Positions 1 through 14,759 of a stretch of 64,000 nucleotides of DNA are shown here, in pieces. A model generated the notes under the pieces. The model saw only the letters and a list, made by a program, of their open reading frames with translations, did not search any database and was not told the DNA's origin. A program made the position numbers and the translations under genes. Origin of the DNA: Adineta vaga. Its lineage: Eukaryota; Animalia; Rotifera. How positions within the stretch are numbered: the first letter of the stretch is position 1; each line of letters begins with the position of its first letter. The DNA lies in the NCBI GenBank assembly GCA_021613535.1, contig CP075494.1, forward strand, positions 7,812,001 through 7,876,000, written 5' to 3'.

Positions 1-890
1 GCATTTTAATGGTGATTGAATTGTCTGTATCCGTATTCCATAAACATCGCGATGCAACATGTAAACCAATTGTCGTTGTTGGAAATACAGTTAAATGAGC
101 AACAATTTTGTATCGATGATCACCGCTACCGGTTGCAGAAAGAAGATGAGATTTAACTTTAGCGCGTACCAAACTACCTAATGCAGTTAATTGTGTGGCA
201 TAGTTTAGATTCGAATGAAATTGCATTCGTTTCGTGTGTACACGTATTTGAGGATCGTGTTCAAGTTGATTTTTTAATTCATACCAATTCACTGGACGAA
301 GTGGTTCTAATTGATGCATTTCAGAATCATTTGAATGTAAACTATTTGTACGTGGTAAACCAGTATTGACCTTTGCTTGAACATGACCATATAGTGTAGA
401 ACGTTTTGGATGTGCACTATGAGTCATATGAGAAAAGGATAGTTCTTGAGGATGTTGTAATATGTTATTCCGTATAACACGTGAAGATAATTCATTTGAT
501 GTAGTGTTTAAAATATTTGCTGTTGGAAGTATTGGTGGTATTGGTACTAAATTGTTTAGTAATGGTGATAAAGGACTGGGAGTTGTGGATGATGTAGATG
601 AAGTAGTACCACTAATTGGAGGAAGTACTGTTGAACCATGTCGTTTACAAACATGTGGCAAAGGATGTTTGATTCGTGTACTAACATCATACGTTGGTTG
701 AAGTCGAGGGAGATGTCTATGATAGCCATGTGGTTTGGAAATCTTCGTATCATCTTTTATCATCCTAATAATAATTAAAAGAGACATTAACAATTGTCAA
801 GGATTATTTCTACAAGTGAGTATTCGTTAGATACTTTGAAAAATGTACGTACCATGGCTTAACAGAATATCTTTTTTGTATGTCGACCAT
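1..890 (-). CDS. Tctex-1 domain (dynein light chain-like) protein with long N-terminal extension; 3' end runs off the window
   Basis: Exon 853-890 (MVDIQKRYSVKP) joins exon 1-764 across a GT-AG intron. The frame stays open to base 1 and ends ...GDHRYKIVAHLTVFPTTTIGLHVASRCLWNTDTDNSITIKM, the RYK...SRCLW..D signature of Tctex-1. Confidence 0.85.
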
Positions 891-1922
891 TTTCAACTCA
901 CGATATGTTCTTGCTCAGAGAATAATGTAGGAAAATATGTCTATACGTAGATTATATAGAATGTCATTGAAGAAGCTCTAATAGGATTGTTTGTCTTCAT
1001 TAACAAAATACCAGCTATCAAGAGAGAAAAAGAGTATTTTACCGATTCAAAAGTCGAATAAATTAAAATGTTTTTTATTACGGCCAAAGAAAGTTCGATA
1101 GTACTTATTTGTAAGAAACAAATTTCTCTACTTTGTAGACCGACATATAATTCAGCATACTTACTCCTTTTCATGTGGATATTCTTGACTGATTATTCTT
1201 TTAAAGAATTCTACTTTCTAAATATACATAGGGTGTTGTGAAGAAATTCTTTTTGCAAACATTAAAGCAACAGTCACTTCTTCTTTTTAATGAGCTTATT
1301 AAAAATGATGCTTAAAAAAAACATCAAATAAGTGTAATAGTGCAATTAAAAAAAAACGGAGTATTTGCTTTCTACAGGTATTATTTTCGTCTACGCATCA
1401 ATCTTGATTCATTACCTGTGCTTTATAAACGATCAATATAGAATTATCGTCCTCGTTGACAATAATTCATGACATTAAATATGACCTCTTGACAATAAGG
1501 AGTGCAAAAACTAATTTGAACTCGAAACGTCTTATTCCGTCTTATTAATACCTAGAATAAAGAGAAGAACGTGCGTGTAGCTATCGACTATATTCTCAAG
1601 TAATCAACATCATATTATTCATTTTTATTGTTTTATCTGTAGATACTTGAACATATCTTCAACTTTCATAGTAAAGAAAAAAAAAGTGTTTCAATGTTAA
1701 AGCTCTGATAAAATCATCCTTTTCTCTTCTCTCCCTTTTTCATTTTGATTCAAACGAACATATACATATATGTAATGTCATTCATATTGTCACTATAATT
1801 TACTGTTAAATACTAATATTTATTTATTATTATTTCAAATCAGTTGAATAAGAAACTATCTATAAAGAAGGAAGGTGTTCAATAGAATTGGTGTATAATT
1901 TTAAATAATAACGTTAGTTAAT

Positions 1923-3624
1923 TTATCCATAGACATGTCTTTCAATGTATTTCAATAAAGCTAATTCACCGGCTAATGTTTCTTGACCACTCGGAATAAT
2001 TTGATTTTCTGGTAATAAAAATCCATATCTTCCTACAAATGAGATAGATTACAACAGAATATAATTTTTAAAAAGACGAAAAAAGAAAAAATTCTCTTTA
2101 CCGGTATCTCGAAGTTCGACAGCATAACTAAATGTGATATTTGCTGTGCCAGATGTCCAATCAACTGTATTACCAGATGCAACATAGATAGTTGAACCAA
2201 TATTACCATGAACATATCGAGTACCTAGAAGCAATGTTATTTGCAATCAAATCATTTTTACCAATCTCACCGAATATGGCACGGAGTGCTTCAACAGCTT
2301 GAGCTGATCCATCATCTTGTAATTTGAATTGAGCTGGTTTTTGTGTTGTATAACCTAATCGAATGAATAAGATTGCAATATGAGTAATTAGATCAATCAT
2401 TACCCCATGGTGTCATCCATAATTGTGAAAATGAATGGAAATTAATATAATGAACAATAGTATCCTTATGATCACCAATGAATTTTGATACTTGTTGTGT
2501 TTCAACTTCAGAAAATGGTTTACTGCCACAATAGGTATCATCACATGGATCATGTGAAGCACCACCTAGAAACATAGGAATAGTGAAAATGAATTCAAAC
2601 GAAAATAGATCGATACCTTCACACCAATGATAATCCCAATTACGATTTGGATCGGCACCAAAACAACGTGGATCTGATGTTTTACTTCGAGTTTTACGCC
2701 ATAAACGATCTTGAACAAAATCAAAAATTTGAATTTCTATTTGCATATTTAATAATTTCTAAGAATTTACCTTTAGTCCATGTATAAGCATAACCATCAA
2801 CATTGAAGACTGGTAAAATATAATAATCAAATTGATCGACGATATGAGTTATTGTTGGATCAACACTATAATTTGATAGAAGTGCATGAGCAATATAAAT
2901 ATTTGTTGCCGGACTAATCCATTCACGAGCATGAATACCTAAAGATTAAGATTTCGAAAAAACCGAGACTATCATTTAACAATCATAAGATACCTCCGTC
3001 CCACCAAACAGCCTTTTTAGCATTTACAGGTGTACCGTCACTTTTAACAGCGGCTTTATTCGATGAAATTTTTAAGCCTTTCAAATCGCGTTTTTCATAC
3101 GATTGTCCAACTACAAATGAACTAGCTAAATTTGGATAGGTTTGAACCATTTTATCAATCCATGCATGAATTTCTTCAATTGGATGATATTTATCATAAG
3201 CAAAATCATCTGCATTAACAGTTGATGGTTCTAATTTATGAATCAATTTTTGTCCTTCAATAACCGAACCGATATCTTTCATAATAACATCGTATTTGAT
3301 TTTCAAGTCATCAGATGATAAATATGTTGCAAAACTTTCCAATGATTCTGGTGCTACACTAACAACAATCTACATAATATTACATTAAACAAAAATCGTC
3401 AAATAAAAGATTCAATTTACGGGCATATTCATGCGAAATTCATCGGACCAAAAGTTAATTTTCTGTTGATGTGCGAGACGACTAAAATCAAGTAATCTAG
3501 CAGCTTGTTCATTATTTATAATATGTAAATGCCACAATTGATATTGAGAATAGGATTTGTAAGCATTAACATTCGAATTAATTGTCGCTAAGAGAAAAAT
3601 CACGACAAATGATGAGAATAACAT
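1923..3624 (-). CDS. Secreted zinc carboxypeptidase, family M14A (CPA/CPB-like preproenzyme)
   Basis: Signal peptide and prodomain, then GIHAREWIS, WRKTRS, DPNRNW, YCGSKPFSEVET, NFHSFSQ, IYVASGNTVDW, AVELRD and YGFLLPENQI motifs across about 8 exons. Val at the specificity position (GNTVDW) suggests CPA-like hydrophobic preference. Confidence 0.95.
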
Positions 3625-4289
3625 TGTCTTACTCTCAATAAACGCACAAAGACGAAATGAGATGAAATATTTAACTATCGTTGAATATATTTATATTATC
3701 ATTAGAGAAAGATAACGTTTTTGGTTTTTCAACCAAGGGAAAGAAAAATGCTGACGCGACAACGAAAACGATAGTCAGCATGATAGATAATGTACTTGAA
3801 AAAGAAATCCTTGATATAATATTAAAATGACAAACAATAAAGATAATATAAAGCATGAAAGCATCGATCAAATATGCTTTAGCTCTATTTTCTTTTTTGA
3901 AACACCCAGCAATTTCTCTGTCCTTGATTAAACGATTATGATCAGAGCAGAACAAAAATGTAGCATAAACATTCGATAATCTTGAAAATTTTGAATAGTT
4001 ATATTTTTAAACAGTATAATACTGTGTTATTCATATATATTTTCTTTTGCACATTGCATTGGGAAAATATTACAAATACAGAAAAGAAAACGAAACGAAA
4101 CGAAACGAACAACAATAAGAATTTTAACAACAATGAGATAAAGATACTGATCAATTGAGAAATATCCTGAAAATAAATATACACCACCGAGAAGAGAATA
4201 AGAAACGAACACATGTAGAACATATCAGTGATTTTGAAAAGGAAAAAGATCGAAACGAGAGAAGAAAACAAACCAACAAATTTCAAATA

Positions 4290-7200
4290 TTATTTCACTA
4301 TAGCAGCTTTTTGTTGATGAATAGTTCGTTCATTACGTCGTTTAAATAGACTTGAATCACCAAGTGGACCAAGTGCCAATGTTTTATTTGAATTAGCATT
4401 TATTGCATCAAATGTAGTATCAAGATTATGCTAAAAATAATCATAAATTTTATTTCTTTTATAAATATGCAAAAAACAAGAAGACATACTCGAACGAGAT
4501 TAAAATCTTGAATATTACTCAATTTCACATTTGGTAAACTATCAATATTTGAAAACCATGGATGTTTACAAAGTTGAAGTGCTGTGGGTCGTTTTTTTGA
4601 ATCGACATCGAGCATTGAGTTGACGAGTGTCTAAAAAGATTTTTGTACTTAAGAATATGAAATATATCGAGAAAGAAACCTTACCTTAGCATTATCTGTT
4701 ACTCGATCCCAAGTAGGTCCAGTAAATTGTAATTTGACAGATGTTCGAGCAAGAATTGCTTCATGAGAATCGTTTCGATTACATATAAACGGTGTGTTAC
4801 CAGATAATAATGTATACAATAATACTCCAAGACTCCCTAAATAGATAAATGTTAATTTTAATTTATCGCATAAGATTCTTTACATACAAATATCACAAGA
4901 TTCATCATATTGTTTTCTTGATAGTACTTCTGGTGCAGCATATTCCTTTGTAAAACAAGGTGTCATTAATAATCCATTTTCTGCTCGTTGTTGTTTAGCA
5001 AAACCAAAATCTACAATACGTAACGATGATGCTTGACGACTATCATCAAGATACATAATATTCCGTGGTTGTAAATCACGATGTACTAAAGAAAAAAGTT
5101 AATATGAATAAAATTTCATTGTCTAAAATTAGAAATTATCTATACCAATTGAATTCCGATGTAATTGTTCAATTGTTTTTATAATAACAAACATAATCTT
5201 TGCACTTTCACGTTCTGATAATGATTTTTCTTGACGAATTTTATCAAATAATTCACCACCACGCATCAATTCAGTAACAATATAAACAGTTGGTGAATTA
5301 TAAAATGCATCACGTATCTATGTAAATAGACAAAATCAAATGAGAATCTTATTAAAATCTTTTCGTCATACTCGAATGATATGGGTTAATTGTCGATAAC
5401 AAAATAATAATTCAATTTCATCCGAAGGATCATGAATATGTGCATCTTTGATGATTTTAACTGCATATTCCATGTGTGTCTGTTTATGTATACAACGATA
5501 ACATATCGATGTTTTTCCTCGTCCAAGTGCTTCTTTTAATTCATATTCATCATTGAACGACGTACTTTTCACACCACTCATTGATCGTAAACGTCTTTCA
5601 ATATTACTAGCATAGACAGGATCATTTTGACGAGCATTAATTAGATCTGGTGCAATATAACTAAAACCTTGGAATGTTTTATTTGCATCAGCGCTCGGTG
5701 GTATACCAGGTGAATCTAAATGAGATAAAGAGAAGAACACAAAACAATTTAAACAAGATTTAGAACATAAATTAAAATTTACCTGTTGGCGTTTTACATG
5801 TAAATTCTTTATCAAAATAATGTGCATAGTCTGAATGAATTGGTGGTATAAATGGTGGTTCAATTTCTTTGCGAAATAATTTATCCCAATCAATTGATGC
5901 AAAAAAAGCATGTTTTTGAATATTACGAAATCCATCTGGTCCAGCACCTAATCGATTGGCTGGATTACGTTTGAATAACATACGTAATAAGCTTTGTGCT
6001 TCTACTGATGGATATGTTGGCATAGCTAGTTTTGCTTTTAAAATCATATTCATTGTTTCTTTACGATTTGCACCATGAAATGGTAAATGTCCTGTTATCA
6101 TTTCAAATGCTAACACACCAAATGACCACCAATCAGCAACATGTGAATGTCCTTTACGTGAAACAACTTCTGGTGACATATATTCGACTGTACCACAGAA
6201 TGAAAATGTTTTGGAATCTTGCGTTGGTATAGATTCTTTGGATAAACCAAAATCTGTCAATGCAATATGACCATCCGAATCGAGAAGAATATTTTCGGGT
6301 TTTAAATCACGATAGACAATACCAAGAGAATGTAAATGATCAAGAGCAAGTGCTAATTCAGCTAAATAGAATTGAACATCCCGTTCAGTAAACATCACTT
6401 AATAGAAAGGAAAAAGAGAAAACAATGAAGAAGAAATTGATTTGAATAATTAGATTCTACCTTCTTTCGATAAACGTGTGAAAAGATCACCACCACGTAA
6501 AAAATCCAGCACCAAATAAACTTTGCCTTGTGTTTGATAAGCATAATGAAGTTTAACAATAAATGGATGAGTTATTTGTGCAAGAATATCTCGTTCCATT
6601 TTTGTTCTCTGTCGATCACGAACTAGAATTAATCTAATAGATTGCTTGTTCCTTATCAACAATAGAACGTACCTTTCAGACTTGCTTTTGTAAGTACCTT
6701 CATCGCGTAGAGTGTACCTGTATCAGGTCCAATAATTTTTCGTACGAGAAAAACCTTGTAATGGAAAACAAAAGAACTATTGAAACGAAAAGATAAAAGA
6801 TTATAATTTTCTTACTTTTCCAAAAGAACCTGCACCCAATGTTTGTAATAATTCAAATTGTGATGAATCAGCTCGATCACAACCTTCTTTTGTAATATTA
6901 GTAATTTCAATTTCATGTTCACTTCCATTATGTTCATCCTAAATAGAAAAAGAAAAGGTTTTTGATATAAATGTCTCTTTTTCTTCATGAGAATCAATAC
7001 ATCATCACTTGATGATTTCTGATTTTTATCTTCATTACCACCATAGGAACTCCAAGCAAACGAAAAAAGTGTATGAAACATAACGAGCAATATTTAGTAA
7101 AAAGAAAATATAATACGCATGATTTGTCAAACAGATTTTTACTTTTACTTTCTTTCTTTCTTTCTTTCTCTTTTCGTTCTTTTTCGCCTTTAGATCAATA

Positions 7201-10200
7201 CCCGTCATGAAGAAAATGAAATACACCTATTCATGACTTTTTTAACGCACGCTTTCATATCCACATATATGCACTCAGTACATCTGTATTCCTGTCATTA
7301 GGTAAAAATAAATTACAATGACGTCGATTATCATCATTCGTACTGAAAAGAAACCAAATCTTATATGAGAAAATGTCACTGAAACTTTCCTTTTACTTCT
7401 ATGAATCCTCGTAACATAAAACAATATGATATGATTATTTATTTATTAAGAAAAGAATTCTGTCAATTTTAATTCTACATCTCATCATATCTTTGCAATT
7501 TGTAATTATGTTGAGTTGTTTTACTCTAAAGATGGTCTTATATTATATAAGTATTTATGTGCATTAGTGCATATTTTCAAGGTAAAAAAATAAGACAACA
7601 CAATAACAAAATAAGTTTTGAAGAAAAAATAAGAGTAACATTCGCTGCCATCTATTATTACCAGGAAACATTGCATGAAAGAGGAAGAAAATGCACGACA
7701 ACTAAATTGTGTCAGAGAAAGAATAAAATTAATCTCTTTTTTTTTCTATATTTAGTTTAATGATAAGATTCAGATTTATAATTAGACTCTAGTTATAGAT
7801 CCATTTTAATTTATCTTAACAAATCTCTAGTCACCTTTGTAATCGCGAAAAGTACATCGCATGCAAAAGAGAAACGCCCTCTGCTGTCTATCCTACGCAT
7901 TTCTTTTTTTTTTGCTGGCATAGACAAAAGACAGTCATTGTATATACATGGCAATAGAAAGAAAACTATATTGAATAAGTGGTATTGTATGTATTCAAGA
8001 AAAACGAAAACACACGTTTTAGGGTGGGTGGTACTGCTGATGACGTTTTATGTAACAGCCGTCTGTAGATCCGCGCCCACATATGAGAAAGAATGAAAAG
8101 ATTCGTTTGATTTTTAGGACAAAAATCAATATTTTTTGTATTGAAGAAAAGAGATTTCGTGTCTAATCCTATTCAGAACTTATTTGTTTTTTTCTTAATA
8201 TGAAAAAACAATCGGATATTTGCGAAAGAATAATAAGTCAGTCTAATCATCGAAAGAGATAAAATAATAAATAATCTACATGTCATTTGAATGACAATAA
8301 TAGTCTATGCAATAAATCAAACGTTTAATATTAAACAACAAATGGTTTCACTTACAAGTTTCATATCATTAGATATGTTCTGTTGAGCAGATGTAAGTAA
8401 AGAAGTAAAATCAGTAACAAAAACTGATGATGAAACCGTAGTTAAATCCAATGAACTCATTGTATTGGTATTATTATCTTCGCTAACTGTCTTATCCGAG
8501 GCTCTTAGACGACGTAATAATGATCGACGAATATTTTTCATATGAGGATATTTATCTTTCATAGTATCGATCACATGTAATTGTAGGTGACTAGAAGTTT
8601 TTTTGCATAGACGATTTTTATCTAAAGTTGTAGAGATTTGTGAAGTTGACGATGATTTATGTAGTTGATTAATGGATGAATGATGATGTTTTTTGAAAAA
8701 AAGATGTAAAGATGAAGAAAGCGTTCGATATCGACCATGCTTTTGACGACGAAGTGTTAAACAATGTAAACGTTTGAGAACGGCGAGAAAAATATTTGAC
8801 TGTATCGGTGAAATTGCTGTTGATTCTTCAATATTTGGTGATGAATATGAAGATGATGTTGATGAACGTTGTGACGAAATATTGGAATCTTGAATATCAA
8901 TGCCAGTACCTGACTCGCATGAACTCAAATAGAATGTATGACGTTCATCACTATGTGGTATTTCAAGAGAATCCATATGAATATCTTTCATGAATAGATG
9001 AATGTTGGAAAATGACAATGTCAGTGGAAAATTAAAAAAGTGTCTTGATTATATTCAAATGCATGGTCAATGCGTACTTATGACATGATAATAGTATGCG
9101 AAAGCAAAAGATCAAAGTAGAAAAGGATAGAAAAACAGAGAAAATGCGTAGGCGAGTAAGTTTTTCAGCTAAGAGAAAAAAAAAGAGAGCGAGAAAGAGA
9201 GAAAGAGAGAAAAATGCACTTTCTGTTTCTTCACAACAGATGCTTGATAGCGACAAGCAAAAACGAACGTTGTCGTCATTAAATATAAGTATATTCAACC
9301 GAACAATTACAACAATAAATACTGACGTCATTCTTTTCTCGTTTTTTATCATAACAATGATTATTTCAATAGGCGAATTATAAATGATGCGACTGTTACA
9401 TAACATTCAATGTCAGAAGAGAATTGAACGTAAAAAGTCAAGTGTAGTTCTCTCTTTTCTTTCTTCTATTTGGATAGGGGAAAAAAACCCAGAAACGACC
9501 GTTCCTTTTCTTTTATTACTTACATCAGAAACAATATCAGGCAAGTCATCATCGGCTAATATTGTGACAGTATTCGAAATTGGACCTTGTTTTATAAATG
9601 TAACTCCACGCTAAAAAAGGAAAAATAATTATTTAATTGAAGGAAATATCTAGGAAAGTTATATTGACACAGGAAAAGACATGACAAAGATGGATAATCA
9701 TCTGTTAAGAATGCTCTGTTATCTTGTGAAAATAAAAATAAAACGTGATGTGAATATTTTCAACATATACCATGGGAAATCATAGGAAAAGAAATATTAG
9801 TTCTAGTCGTGTAGAGAAGACAGGAACGTTTGAAATTACCTTTTTAAAATCAGACATGAAAACTTATAAAATTCTCGACGACGACATTCCTTTGCAATGA
9901 CGATATTTATACTTCGCTATGATTTTAGTAAATATATTATAGTGAGAAGAAAAGAAAACAATAAGGTTTTTCTTCTTAATTAAATGTTTTCTATCCACTT
10001 CTTGCTTTTATAATAATGAAAAAAGTTTTGCGTCAAGACACAATGAAAGAATACCTAGATTCAAAGTCACTCATTAATATTGACCTAACAAAATGTTTTT
10101 CGCACAAAACTTTTGTCTGAAGTTGATGGTAATGGAAAAGAAATCTTCACATTCAAGATTGACGTCAGACAGAAATATTTCATTTCTTAGAAATCAGTTG

Positions 10201-10878
10201 TAATACCGGAAAGTACGCAATTAATTTGTATTTCATAACTGAAAACACTTTCCTGTCATACATGAAATTATCTTTTAATTCTTTCAGATGAAACAAAAAA
10301 AAACGAGTTCATATTAGAAAGTTCTCTATCAGTCAATATAAATTAGAATTTTTATCAATAAAACACACAATAATAATCCAGTATTTCTTTTACAAATGGA
10401 ATAACAGATGAGAAAAACGATTGAAAAACTCTCGGCAACGAGAGTAGGAAAAACAAGCGATTTGTATTCTATTCCCGGGGAAAGTTTTTGATGAAATTAT
10501 ATAAAATATCATGGATGATTATTTATAATCATTTACTATTCATGATGTTTATCTCAAACTATAAAAATAAACTTATTTAACATCTGTTGAGTTAGAAAGA
10601 AAAAGGTTTTTTTTCCTTAAACAAAGAAACTTTTTTCAATTAATAACATAAAATCAATTAGGTGAAACTAAAACAGTTGTGTTCTTTATTTTTCAACGAG
10701 AAAAATAAATAGCTGTTAGAGAACAAATGTTATGTATCTGTAGAACTAATAAGATATAACTTACATTCATATTCATATGAAATCGTTGTGGTATGGATGG
10801 TTCTCTACCAAACGAATTGATCTTGGATTTCGAATCTAATAATGTAAGATCGTCTTTGTAGTTTTGTGCTAATGGCAT
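4290..10878 (-). CDS. RPS6KA: Ribosomal protein S6 kinase alpha (p90 RSK), two kinase domains
   Basis: First exon MPLAQ... (10765-10878). The N-terminal kinase domain has [23 protein letters not shown] and FCGTVEY. The linker has SPGIPPS and the FQGFSY hydrophobic motif. The C-terminal domain has DFGFAKQ and GLLMTPCFT. The tail has the ERK-docking-like SSLFKRR; stop at 4290-4292. Confidence 0.95.
8356..8991 (-). CDS. Probable alternative first coding exon of RSK (212 codons, Ser/basic-rich)
   Basis: The ORF ends ...DMKL at a consensus GTAAGT donor in phase 0. This matches the phase-0 acceptor tttag|GAT GAA CAT of the shared RSK exon near 6938. Confidence 0.6.
9323..9330. promoter_or_regulatory. 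CRE palindrome TGACGTCA upstream of the RSK alternative exon (others at 10160, 27579, 44773, 48729)
   Basis: Exact 8-bp palindrome in non-coding DNA near gene 5' ends; function inferred only. Confidence 0.35.
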
Positions 10879-12607
10879 GATGAAGATCAATGAAGTAACT
10901 GCTAACTTTCAAACGTGATAAGAGTAAAAGTGATTATTACATCGATCGTTGATCAGCAATCTAGAGAAGGAAAAAAATGAAGAAAAAACAGCCGATAAGA
11001 TGAATTATTTTGGAACGTCTAACATGGGACCGAAGTGTATTAGACAAGCAAAACAGCAAATATACGAAGAAAAAGAAGAAGAAAAAGAAAAAAAACGTGC
11101 CGCAGTTGCGATTCGACGGTTTCTTTTGTTGTGTCATCCTCAGAATGGAGTGCTTGAAAAGAAGAAGAAGAAGAAGAAAAAAAACTTTGACAGACACAAA
11201 AGTAGAATGACACTTTTAGCTTTAACATAAGGAAAAGAGAGGAAACTTTATAATTATAAATGTCTACATAGTCAATGTTATATGAGTAGTTAGCATGGAT
11301 AGATATAACACACCATATGGAACTAGAGAAAAATAGGAAAAAAAGCTTTTCTATTCGTGATAATTAGCTTGATAATGAGAACAAACTGCTTTATATCAGT
11401 CTGTTAAGGAGAAAGAAACAAAAGCCAATCAATTAGAAAATTGAATATATAATCTTAATAATAGCATCTACGTCTGAATAGTTTTATTCAGCAATTGAAA
11501 GTCAAAATAATCGATAGTAATGTTCACTTATTGACCTTTGCATTTATTCTATGTAATAGAATATATCTGTTTGCTCAAGATCGAGAGAAGATTCGATGAA
11601 AACTGACAATTAACACTAGATATCAACATATAAACACCTTACAGAAGATTTCCTCTGTATCCTTCTACGTTATTTTGTAGTGTAAAACAAAATCTTTCAA
11701 CACGTCATCAATTACTAAAGATTGTAAAGAAAGTTGAATAATTATAAGTTAAATTAAGTTTCATAAAAGAAAAAGTATAAAATATCATGAATTCAGAAAA
11801 ATGTTTTATTTTACAATCAGCACTTTTAAAAGTTCTCATTTTGTTATTTAAACCATATTAAAAAAATAATTACTTCTTGAATTTGTTTTTCTTTTAAAAC
11901 ACTTATTTGATAAATACACACGCAGTTTAAACGGCATTTTCATTGAAAAAAGACAAGATCACATGGTATAGACGTTTTATTATACCCTTGATATTCAATG
12001 CAATCTAGTATCAGTCCAGGCTAGATCACTTATGGAACAGATATGTAAACGGATCATATCAATTTGTATAATTATCATACAAGAATATCTACAAAACTAA
12101 TATAAACAATACTGATTATGCTGACATGTTTGTTGTGAATCTAGTTCGATTTCAATGTCATACAGCACGCGACAATATGGGTTTTGCTATTTATTGTCGT
12201 AGTTAATGACATGACATAACTAACTACGATTATCCTGGACGGGATAATGAGTATAACTGAGAAGTTAAAATGATGAATAGACAAAACATTGTGAACATGT
12301 CACGAATGTTACACAATTAAAGTCACAATAATGACATTGACCTTACAAAAAAATCGGAAGCATATGAAAATATTTTATTGTCTATACAGAACGATTTAGA
12401 TAAGATTCTATCCTTTTAACAATAATGTCAACGAGAAATTTATCAAAGATAGTAGTGACAAAACACATACAGTAACATAATAAATCGTATTGGTCGAATT
12501 AAATAAACCAATCAATATAATTTTATACCAAAAGTAAAAGATTCTTTTGTCTAAGTTAATTATTCACTATAGACTGAATTGATTGATTTTTAGTAGATTC
12601 TTTTCAA

Positions 12608-13067
12608 ATGGCATCATCAAATCGTTTATTAGCATCAAAAGATGTAAATGGAGAAAAATGGGATCGATGTTTAACCGATGGAGTTTTCAAAACAGGTTCA
12701 CATAGTTTTCATTATTATTCTTTATTATTATACATATATTCTTGTATTGTAGCATCTGGTGTGATAATAGGACTTCTTTTTTCGGCTATTCTTTTCAAAC
12801 GTAAATATATTTATTTCTATTCTATTCAAAATTAGAAGATTCGTTTATTGAAAACATAGGTCGACCATGGCCTGTGTTCTTAGGAACAGGTATGGGTATA
12901 GGAATGGCATATAGTAATTGTCAAAATGATTTACGTTCACCATACGTTAATTCTCAATCGATATCTATCACTAGACCCGATCGACACGTACCAATCGTAA
13001 GATAATCGTTGATTGAAAAATTTAATCAATGTTTTTTGTTTATTTTTAGAAACCATCAGATGAGTGA
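12608..13067 (+). CDS. MICOS10: MICOS complex subunit Mic10
   Basis: Four exons give MASS...GEKWDRCLTD...GVIIGLLFSAILFKRRPWPVFLGTGMGIGMAYSNCQ, with the KWDRC motif and GxGxGxG TM motif. Confidence 0.93.
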
Positions 13068-14759
13068 TAATCTTTTCCATGATTTAATTATGGACATCCC
13101 TCTTTTCCTTTTATATTCATGCAAGTTTGAAATTTTATTTCAAGAAAATAAATCTAAACCGAACTGTTTCGTATGTTTTTATTGATTTTCTTGTTCATTA
13201 TGAAAATGAGATCGTTTGATAAGACATAAATAGTCGGTATTAAACTTTAGTAAGCTTATCATGTCTAGATTTTGACAGGTATATTAATTTCTCGATTATC
13301 TTCTCATCTCATTTATTCCAAGCTTATCGATGAAAGATAAAGATTTTCAATGTAAATAGTTTTATGCTTTGAATAATCAGGTTATGTGAAATTCAGTAGA
13401 CGTTCGTTTAATTATTATTTAGAACGTATAAAAAATTTGTTTAACAAAACAACAAAGCTTTCTTCTTGTGTCTGTCTTTATGTCTCTCTCTCTCTCTCTC
13501 CTTTGCTTTCGCTCCATTGTGATTATACAAAGAATAAAGTTCGATGTGATGGGGATAATCGGACTCCGTTTTTTTTTCTCTTCTCATTTGCACAATCGAT
13601 AGTCGTGAGGCGACATTCTTTTTCTCTCTCTCTCTCCCTCTTTCGTTCGCTATGTGTTCTTTTATTGATATGATTATTATTTGGTAGTGGTAGGAAGAAC
13701 AAGGAGAAGAGGGGGCGAACCTCATTTTAATATATTGCTGCATATGTTTGCATGTGTTGTTCAATGTGTGTTCGGCCAGCTAGCCTAAAAGCTCAGGGAG
13801 AGAGAGAGCAGGAACAAAAAAAATGAACATTGTGTCGCGTATGGACGCAGAAGAACAAGTAGAGAAAAACAGAAAGAGAGTGAAAGAAAAAGAAAGAATA
13901 GATCAAAAAAATTACTATTAGAGTGGGCAATTCGGTCGACATGAGCATGGATGATGGTTTAAAATATACATTGCACTCATGAGATTTCTTCGTAAGTTAT
14001 TGTTTCCTGTGATCGTGATGAAATTAGCACAGATTAATCAATTTTCTCATCTGTTTAGTTTCTCAAGGCTTTTCCTGCACTTGTCTATATATATATATAT
14101 ATATACAAATATATTCGATCATCATCATGTAGCATTTATTTAGAGATTTACACATCTGGTTTTCAGTGTATTTTTCCAGTCTGATTAATTGACAGCTAGT
14201 AATCAAGTAGAAAAAAAGAACAGAGTCGTTTTTCGATCATCATAATATGAGATGTCGATGATATTTCTTCGAACATTAAACTCTTATCTTTTTAATAAAA
14301 TTCAGCATATTAGAATCTATTGTTCAATAGATGTTTGATCGAATAGATTCAAATTATGTTTTGTAATCAATGTTAGCAGACTTGTCTGGCTTATGTTATC
14401 AATATTATTGTATTAGATTTCTTTCTTTTTCCCTTCATATAATCAAACCTTGAGAGGCGATGATGATTTTTGATTCATTTATTGTCGCGTCAATGCGAAA
14501 AAGGAGAAAAAAATAATCTAGTATCAAACTGAATGACATAGCACAAGGCCACTTTTTTTATTTATATCGCCGATAGTAAATATAACACGCGCGCGAATAT
14601 TAAAAAGTCGATGAGAGTGTCATGAGACTTTTTTCTATCAAAAACTCTTCAATATATTTAAATATAAACTAGACAGATGATTTTTTTTTTATGTATTCAA
14701 AATGAACACTTGAAATGAAAGCTGAAAGATTAAATAATGTCGTCCTTGCGCCCATCATT

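Noticed and set aside
10949-11230. Overlapping Lys/Glu-rich and Phe-rich ORFs on both strands
   Set aside because: They arise from (GAA)n/poly-A purine tracts in the RSK 5' UTR and promoter region; no protein-like complexity.
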